Below, one piece after another: positions 58,560-64,000 of a stretch of 64,000 nt of DNA. The stretch's first letter is position 1, and each line of letters begins with the position of its first letter. Where the stretch lies: contig JBIIJY010000001.1 in assembly GCA_044233485.1 (NCBI GenBank), positions 16,701 through 80,700 of the forward strand, written 5' to 3'. Origin of the DNA: Minisyncoccia bacterium. Lineage in GTDB: Bacteria; Patescibacteriota; Minisyncoccia; Phycocordibacterales; UBA6065. The notes under the pieces were generated by a model. That model was not told where the DNA came from. It saw nothing but the letters and a program-made list of their open reading frames with translations, and made no database searches. The position numbers were made by a program, and so were the translations under genes.

Positions 58560-59084
58560 TTAGTAGACACCTCTAGCGTGATCCTCAACAAGTATTTTCA
58601 CGAAGCGTTTATTTTGGCATTCATACGTCTCACGCTCGATCTTAGGACTGGATGAGCAATAGAAAGCAAAACGCCCGAGCTTCTTACCTGTTACACTCAA
58701 ACTCAAGAAACCGAGTCCGGAGTGGACGGTGTAACCGGAAGCCTCACCTTCATCAAGAACTTTTTCTTTTAGCCCATCCGCTTCAACGAGGATGAACTTG
58801 TTCTTACCAAGACTAGGTGCGCCACCTAGCTCGTCCTGCGTGTAGTGATACACGAAGAACTTTGTGCTGGGCGGTATTTCGGAAGCACTTTTCCGAAGTT
58901 CGATCGGTGGTGTCACTTCACAACCAAGTATTTTTACGATTTTTGCAATTGGTAGACGGTTTGTCTCGCGATTGCACATGTTAATGAGCGGTAGTCTATA
59001 CATACTTTCTTTACTCCTTCTGTATGTACTTGCATAGTTGCAAGCAACTGTCGCTGCTTTTGAAGCAGGTACAGCATAAAACAA
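58560..59084 (-). CDS. Hypothetical protein.
   Basis: 174-aa ORF, followed on the minus strand by a terminator at 58496-58522. No motif. Confidence 0.4.
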   Translation of the reverse strand: MFYAVPASKAATVACNYASTYRRSKESMYRLPLINMCNRETNRLPIAKIVKILGCEVTPPIELRKSASEIPPSTKFFVYHYTQDELGGAPSLGKNKFILVEADGLKEKVLDEGEASGYTVHSGLGFLSLSVTGKKLGRFAFYCSSSPKIERETYECQNKRFVKILVEDHARGVY

Positions 59085-59213
59085 AGAGATTATCTTTACT
59101 TTATGCTGTACCCATTTTCGACTATCTCAATTTATTATATCACTTGTAATCTATTTGTCAACTATTGTGGAATGTACAGGCCTCGGTCACAGGTCTCGCA
59201 CTGCTGTGCTCGC

Positions 59214-59262
59214 CCGCGACCCCGCCTCGCGCCGTCGCGCTCCGGCTTTCGAGTCCTGTAAT
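59214..59262. repeat. R2 GC-rich 28-bp motif (exact copy) followed by an inverted 13-nt tRNA-Ala T-arm fragment.
   Basis: cgcgaccccgcctcgcgccgtcgcgctc (59214-59241) equals 3717-3744. ttcgagtcctgta at 59249-59261 equals the tRNA-Ala T-arm in the opposite orientation. Confidence 0.7.
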
Positions 59263-59313
59263 ACCCAGCCAGCAAGAAAAAACACCCGCGCATGCGGATG
59301 TTTTTTCTTGCTG

Positions 59314-59386
59314 TGGACCCTACAGGACTCGAACCTGCCACCCCCGCTTTGCAAAAGCGGTGCTCTACCAGATGAGCTAAGGGCCC
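59314..59386 (-). tRNA. tRNA-Ala (anticodon TGC).
   Basis: GGGCCCTTAGCTCATCTGGTAGAGCACCGCTTTTGCAAAGCGGGGGTGGCAGGTTCGAGTCCTGTAGGGTCCA. It is followed by a long hairpin terminator (gcaagaaaaaacatccgc / gcgggtgttttttcttgc). Confidence 0.85.
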
Positions 59387-59471
59387 AAAAACCTACGATG
59401 TAAATAGTACTATTTTTGGTAAAAAGTGCAAGGTGGGTTGACGCGCAAGCTACAGGTACTACAATAAATCT

Positions 59472-59837
59472 ATGCATCGTGTACACACGCTCATCGCTAC
59501 TGTACTCCTTCTCTGCGTTACAATCACAGCTGGCTTTGGTTTTATCTCTCTCTTCCATTCAGGCCATCACGCAGACACCTCCCTCTCGTGCCCGTTCTCA
59601 AACCACGTCGAACGTACCTGTAGCAACACAATACTCGGACACTTTGAAGCTTGGTCACATACGTTCCTTCTTATATTTGCCCTCACCCTCGTCTTCATAC
59701 CATTACGACGTCTTGTACTAGCACGGACCCTCTCTATTTCATATAGCCCACCACAAAGACCAATCCAAGCAGATACCGTCCCTTCTCCACTACAGTGGGC
59801 ATTCTCCCGAGGCATACTCAATACCAAGGCCTACTAG
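59472..59837 (+). CDS. Small membrane protein with His/Cys-rich loops (possible metal binding).
   Basis: TM helices plus HSGHHADTSLSCPFSNH. Adjacent to the DUF305 protein. Confidence 0.4.
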   Translation: MHRVHTLIATVLLLCVTITAGFGFISLFHSGHHADTSLSCPFSNHVERTCSNTILGHFEAWSHTFLLIFALTLVFIPLRRLVLARTLSISYSPPQRPIQADTVPSPLQWAFSRGILNTKAY

Positions 59838-59887
59838 TCACTCTACTGGGTTTTCTCTTATCTTGATCAAATAAACGTTTAATTTTA

Positions 59888-60301
59888 TTGACTACTAACA
59901 TAACATTCATGGACAAAAAAAATATTCTTATTGCAGTCGGAGGAGTCGTTGCAGGCATAGTCATTGGCGCACTTCTTGTACGGAGTGGTGCTTGCCCGAT
60001 GATGAACAAACTCAGCGGACACGGAGGTAAAAACTGCACGATGATGGGGCAAGGTCACGGAAACATGTCTCACATGATGAGTGACATGGTAGAGGGACTT
60101 GAAGGAAAGCGTGGTGATGCTTTTGATGCCGCTTTCCTGGATGAGATGGTTATTCATCATGAAGGAGCAGTAGCGATGGCTGAAGAAGTGCTCGAACACT
60201 CAAAGCGACCAGAGCTCTTGAAACTCGCTGATGAAATTATCTCGGCACAGACAAAAGAAATCGAGATGATGAAAGCGTGGAAGGCACGGTGGTTTAAGTA
60301 A
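59888..60301 (+). CDS. DUF305-family protein with a Met/His-rich region (putative copper homeostasis).
   Basis: MMGQGHGNMSHMMSDM, a Met/His copper-binding-like stretch. The DUF305 core reads DAAFLDEMVIHHEGAVAMAEEVL...AQTKEIEMMKAW. Confidence 0.65.
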   Translation: MTTNITFMDKKNILIAVGGVVAGIVIGALLVRSGACPMMNKLSGHGGKNCTMMGQGHGNMSHMMSDMVEGLEGKRGDAFDAAFLDEMVIHHEGAVAMAEEVLEHSKRPELLKLADEIISAQTKEIEMMKAWKARWFK

Positions 60302-60357
60302 CTACAATCCGTCGCTTCCAACAAAAACCACCCATACGGGTGGTTTTTAATTGTCTA

Positions 60358-60423
60358 GATCCCCCACGCAGAGCAAAGCAGTTTGCTCTGCTCCACCTCA
60401 CGATGTGTCGGCGGGTGGGATCG
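60358..60423. repeat. 66-bp direct repeat, copy 1: hairpin plus the last 18 nt of tRNA-Met, then GTCAC.
   Basis: Identical to 60502-60567, which is the intact tRNA-Met 3' end plus its downstream hairpin gcagagcaaagcagtttgctctgc. The two copies diverge immediately after gggatcg (gtcac in copy 1, aacca in copy 2). Confidence 0.8.
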
Positions 60424-60549
60424 GTCACAACTCTTTTACTTCGTAAAAGGTCGCTACCCCGCCTCGTCTGTCTCGCATAGCTCGACATGACTCTGGCCTT
60501 CGATCCCCCACGCAGAGCAAAGCAGTTTGCTCTGCTCCACCTCACGATG

Positions 60550-60623
60550 TGTCGGCGGGTGGGATCGAACCACCGACCTTGGGCTTATGAGTCCCACGCT
60601 CTAGCCAACTGAGCTACGCCGAC
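60550..60623 (-). tRNA. tRNA-Met (anticodon CAT); initiator vs elongator vs Ile2 not resolved.
   Basis: GTCGGCGTAGCTCAGTTGGCTAGAGCGTGGGACTCATAAGCCCAAGGTCGGTGGTTCGATCCCACCCGCCGACA. Anticodon loop CTCATAA. GGG/CCC in the anticodon stem. Confidence 0.8.
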
Positions 60624-60657
60624 ATCTACTTTCTGTATCTATTCTGCCAACTATACC

Positions 60658-60909
60658 CTATTTCTGTCGTTTTTCAATAGATCCGGAAGGTAGTTTCTGT
60701 GGAGATTTATCCACAAATGTCTGAGTGAAGGCACACCACGGACACGTGAGGCGAGTTCGTGGAGTCATGTGTATGTCGGCGATCGTCCACCACTTTGAAC
60801 ACGAGACACACAAAAAGTGTACCAAGATTTCTCTTGAGTACACCCCTGTAGTTTTTCGTGTGGATTGTTTACCGGGCTTCATCAAGCGTTTCGAGCGGAA
60901 TGCGTTCAT
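60658..60909 (-). CDS. Possible small zinc-ribbon protein (CxxC...CxxC).
   Basis: CVSCSKWW...CPWC. Overlaps the next ORF's start by about 40 nt. Weak. Confidence 0.3.
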   Translation of the reverse strand: MNAFRSKRLMKPGKQSTRKTTGVYSREILVHFLCVSCSKWWTIADIHMTPRTRLTCPWCAFTQTFVDKSPQKLPSGSIEKRQK

Positions 60910-61912
60910 CTGCAGGAGATTCCTGATTTTGCATCATATCAATCCGAATTTGTCGCTGATAGTCTTCTACCATCATCTGTTGTCTGCGTTGTGCCTCAAG
61001 TCCCTTCATACGTGCAGTATTAAGTGAAGCAAGGACTATACTTCCCAGTAGTACTGGCATAATGAGGACTGAAAGAAACGAAAGATAGTACCACTTCTTC
61101 TGGTGAGTGAGCGTGGTCTCTATTGCAGTTTCAAGATTACCACCGAGTTCAAACTTCTTTGCACCCACAAGAGCTTGATACCACGTATAGACGTAAACAA
61201 GAACTATCACGGTAACCATACTAGAGACAAGCGCCACAAAACCAGCAGCAAGATATGGAATTCCCAAGCTGCCTGCGACAATTCCTAGCCCTATCGCCAC
61301 CAGAAAGAAACAAATAACCATAATCACACCAAGACCGAGAAAGTGACCAAAGGTTACCCAAAACTTACCACGGAGGAGTGTCATGGCTGTCGCAATCGCT
61401 CGCATACCTTTTCGACCAGAGACAATATAGTCAGTGAGGGCGAGATACATTACTGCGCTCAAGAGCAGACCAGGGATAATAAAGAGTACTGAGCCAGCGA
61501 ACGAAAGCGCTGTACCGATAATTGATATCCAGATAAGTGAGAAGATGCCTTTTGTAAGAGTGAGGGCCTCATCAGTGGCGGTTGTCTGTAAGCCACTTTC
61601 GCGTTTATGTATATAGGCCACAAGTGCATACCCGAGAACAAACTGAACAACCGTCGCAATGATTGTACCTGCAAGAAGATTGAAGAGAAGGAGGGTTGAG
61701 AGGTGATCTGACTCTGAAGACGACTTCAACATGTCTGCCATTATTGACTGACCAAGAGAAGCCAGGGCAATCACGACAAGCACTCCAACAATCTCATAAA
61801 AATATTTCTTAAATAAACTAAGGGTGCTGCTCACATGCTGACCGAATGTAGGATATATTCCCACTAACTGTGCTCCAGCTGGCACAGTGTTTGGTGTTAT
61901 ATTATTTTCCAT
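60869..61912 (-). CDS. Hypothetical polytopic membrane protein with a C-terminal coiled-coil tail.
   Basis: 347 aa with about 7 hydrophobic helices. Confidence 0.55.
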   Translation of the reverse strand: MENNITPNTVPAGAQLVGIYPTFGQHVSSTLSLFKKYFYEIVGVLVVIALASLGQSIMADMLKSSSESDHLSTLLLFNLLAGTIIATVVQFVLGYALVAYIHKRESGLQTTATDEALTLTKGIFSLIWISIIGTALSFAGSVLFIIPGLLLSAVMYLALTDYIVSGRKGMRAIATAMTLLRGKFWVTFGHFLGLGVIMVICFFLVAIGLGIVAGSLGIPYLAAGFVALVSSMVTVIVLVYVYTWYQALVGAKKFELGGNLETAIETTLTHQKKWYYLSFLSVLIMPVLLGSIVLASLNTARMKGLEAQRRQQMMVEDYQRQIRIDMMQNQESPADERIPLETLDEAR

Positions 61913-62870
61913 GTGCCAATTGTAGCACGTGTTCGACGAACTCCGGAAGTGAAGAGCCTACTGAGCGAAGAGCTTTTGGGAGGAGTGATTCACCCGTGAG
62001 ACCAGGGAGTGTATTAACTTCGAGAAAGTAGATTCCTCTACGCGGAGTGACGATAAAATCCGAACACGAGTAGTGATCAAGACCGAGTATAGTGTGTACC
62101 TCACGAGCAGCCGATTCAAGTTCCACCACCTCGTCACGAGAAAAGTTACCTGGAAATATCTCATCACTCGCCCCTTCGTACTTCGCCTCATAATCAAAAA
62201 ATCGCTTGTGTGCATGAGGGATAATTTCTCCTGGCGGAAGTGAATACAGTGACTGCCCACGAAAATCTTCCACAACCCCCACCGTTGCTTCCTTCCCTTT
62301 GATGTATTCCTCGACCAGCACCTGATCACTCACCTCAAAAGCACGAGTGAGCGCCCGGTCTAGTTCATCTACAGAGTGAACAATAGATATTCCTACCGAT
62401 GAACCCAGCGAGACTGGTTTGATGATTGCTGGATGAGGAAATGTGCGGTATAGATCGATCACAAAATCCCGCGTGTGCTCATTTTTGTGTACGAGTCGAT
62501 GCAGGGCAAACTTCACTTTTGCTCCGAAACGCTTCAAGACATCTTTCGTATGTGCTTTGTGCATCGCAAGAGCTGAAGGAACTTTACCAGAACCCGTATA
62601 CGGAATCGCATGATGGTCAAGAACATGTTGCACCTGTCCATCTTCACCATACTCACCATGAAGAGCATTAAAAGCGACATCAATCTTGCGATGAAGCATA
62701 TCTGGCGTGACTACCATCCCATCGATACGCCATACACCGTCTTTCCCGATAAAGACATCAACGGGAATGTATTTTTCTTGATTGAGCGACTTCAAAACAT
62801 GCTCGCCACTTTTGAGCGAGACTTCGTATTCAGAAGATGGACCACCACGCAAGACTCCTACTCGTATCAT
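61902..62870 (-). CDS. ddl: D-alanine--D-alanine ligase.
   Basis: N-terminus IRVGVLRGGPSSEYEVSL. ATP-grasp C-terminus EVNTLPGLT. Confidence 0.9.
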   Translation of the reverse strand: MIRVGVLRGGPSSEYEVSLKSGEHVLKSLNQEKYIPVDVFIGKDGVWRIDGMVVTPDMLHRKIDVAFNALHGEYGEDGQVQHVLDHHAIPYTGSGKVPSALAMHKAHTKDVLKRFGAKVKFALHRLVHKNEHTRDFVIDLYRTFPHPAIIKPVSLGSSVGISIVHSVDELDRALTRAFEVSDQVLVEEYIKGKEATVGVVEDFRGQSLYSLPPGEIIPHAHKRFFDYEAKYEGASDEIFPGNFSRDEVVELESAAREVHTILGLDHYSCSDFIVTPRRGIYFLEVNTLPGLTGESLLPKALRSVGSSLPEFVEHVLQLAHGK

Positions 62871-62915
62871 GAGTCTAATTCTATCCTAAATATTGCACCT
62901 CGGGTGACTACCTGT

Positions 62916-64000
62916 TTATGAACGCTTCGCGCGAGGTGTAAGAAAGGTGTTGGCTCGAGTTTTACGATGATACTTTACCGCAAAACGATGAGCTTCACTG
63001 TTGACGAGGACTATTTCTTTTTCATACACTTTGATAAATTCCTGATTCCCTAGGAGCTTCTCAGGTTTGTGTTTATCATTCTTCGTCACTGCCACTACTT
63101 CAATATCAAAATGAGTCTCGGCAAGCAGCTTCAATATACTCGAACGCTGCGGCTCCCCACCATCAACGACAATACAATTCGGGAACGGCCATTCTGGATG
63201 CTCAAGTCGTCGAGAGACGATTTCTCGGGTGTTGGCAATATCATCATTACCTTTTCCGCTTTTGATCTTGAACATACGGTACTGGTTTTTCGAGACCACT
63301 CCATCCTCGATCACCGTCATCACACCGACTGTTCCTCGTCCGGCTGTATGGGCAATGTCATACGCTTCAATACGCAGACGAGCCGCTGGTGCAGAAGGCG
63401 TCAGTGTACGCTTAACTTCTGATTCACTTCGAATGAGCATTGAGTCTCGGATATGAGTGAGTGCAAAAATAGTTTTTTTGATTTCGTGTGCCTCCTCAAA
63501 GTGAAGCTCTTTGGCATATGCGTTCATTTCTCGAGTCAGGTCCTGGATTAGTTCACCTTTCTTGCCCTGAAAAAACAAAACAATGTGTCGTATATTTTGC
63601 GCATACACCTCTTTGGTAATCGCCCCTACACAGACACCCGGACAAAGTCCGATTTGTGCATTAAAACATTTTTTCGGTTTCGTCTGTTTTGTAGCGTCTG
63701 GCACTTCGCAACGATCACGATATGGAAATATCTTTCGGATTATCTTTAACCCTTCACGAATCGCTGGGCCATGCACAAACGGGCCAAAAGAATACTTACG
63801 TGGCAGGGTGAAGTCTCCATTTTCAAGATCTTTCTCACGAACAAGGACAATGCGTGGAAACACCTCATCGGTAATCACAACATAGTCAAAACTCGTATCG
63901 TCTTTCTCCTTGGTATTGTAATAGGGTGAATACGTCTTAATGGCATTGGCTTCAAGAACAATCGCATCCAGCACTGAATCTGCCTGCACCCACGAGAGCT
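62916..64000 (-). CDS. uvrC: Excinuclease ABC subunit C (partial: the N-terminal GIY-YIG part lies beyond the right window edge; no C-terminal HhH domain is apparent).
   Basis: ...YNTKEKDD is the region after GIY-YIG. The RIEAYDIAHTAGRGTVGVMTV block, IVVDGGEPQ (cf. DGGKGQ) and EAHRFAVKYHRKTR are all UvrC-like. Confidence 0.8.
   Translation of the reverse strand, partial: LSWVQADSVLDAIVLEANAIKTYSPYYNTKEKDDTSFDYVVITDEVFPRIVLVREKDLENGDFTLPRKYSFGPFVHGPAIREGLKIIRKIFPYRDRCEVPDATKQTKPKKCFNAQIGLCPGVCVGAITKEVYAQNIRHIVLFFQGKKGELIQDLTREMNAYAKELHFEEAHEIKKTIFALTHIRDSMLIRSESEVKRTLTPSAPAARLRIEAYDIAHTAGRGTVGVMTVIEDGVVSKNQYRMFKIKSGKGNDDIANTREIVSRRLEHPEWPFPNCIVVDGGEPQRSSILKLLAETHFDIEVVAVTKNDKHKPEKLLGNQEFIKVYEKEIVLVNSEAHRFAVKYHRKTRANTFLTPRAKRS

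Noticed and set aside
60294-60545. Minus-strand 83-aa ORF.
   Set aside because: It is composed of the two 66-bp direct repeats downstream of tRNA-Met, so it is a repeat-derived artefact.

Overview
This window is about 64 kb of low-GC, gene-dense bacterial DNA with short housekeeping proteins. The gene content suggests a reduced-genome lineage (CPR/Patescibacteria-like), but that is inference only. Most genes are on the minus strand.

Core content:
- Cell-envelope and division genes: an mraZ-rsmH-ftsL-ftsI-murF cluster, mreB-mreC-mreD-pbp2-femAB, and ddl.
- Replication, repair and RNA metabolism: dnaE, RNase R, an SMC-like ATPase, rnc, a NusB-Nudix fusion, rpmF, rnhB, ychF, uvrC (partial), and a lexA-dinB SOS pair with Cheo-type LexA boxes.
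- Translation and housekeeping: lysS, proS, greA, zwf, frr, rseP and an ABC exporter.
- Other: two tandem type IV pilin-like genes and four tRNAs (Glu-TTC, Ser-CGA, Ala-TGC, Met-CAT).

The accessory part is about 2.8-11.6 kb. It looks like a stacked integration hotspot downstream of tRNA-Glu. It holds several decayed copies of the tRNA-Glu 3' end plus a downstream hairpin. Between them sit an ICMT-family methyltransferase gene, a tightly coupled three-gene operon (tRNA-dependent cyclodipeptide synthase, SET-domain methyltransferase, unknown 288-aa protein) and a frameshifted trypsin-like protease. At about 7197-11532 there is a visibly GC-rich ~4.3-kb element (judged by eye, not computed) carrying RadC/JAB, an XRE regulator and a large serine recombinase whose 3' end abuts the intact tRNA-Glu.

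Similar duplications of a tRNA 3' end plus flank follow tRNA-Ser (129-bp tandem units) and tRNA-Met (66-bp direct repeats). The element-side junction GTCAC recurs at the Glu and Met remnants. A 28-bp GC-rich motif recurs at the Glu and Ala loci, with a diverged relative downstream of tRNA-Met.

A surface-protein locus at 12-19 kb encodes a 1029-aa ELWxxDGT-repeat protein and a LamG-domain protein. Both end in peptidoglycan-binding domains. They flank a VanY-like carboxypeptidase and two paralogous small secreted proteins. Two candidate sRNAs with clear promoters and terminators are also noted.
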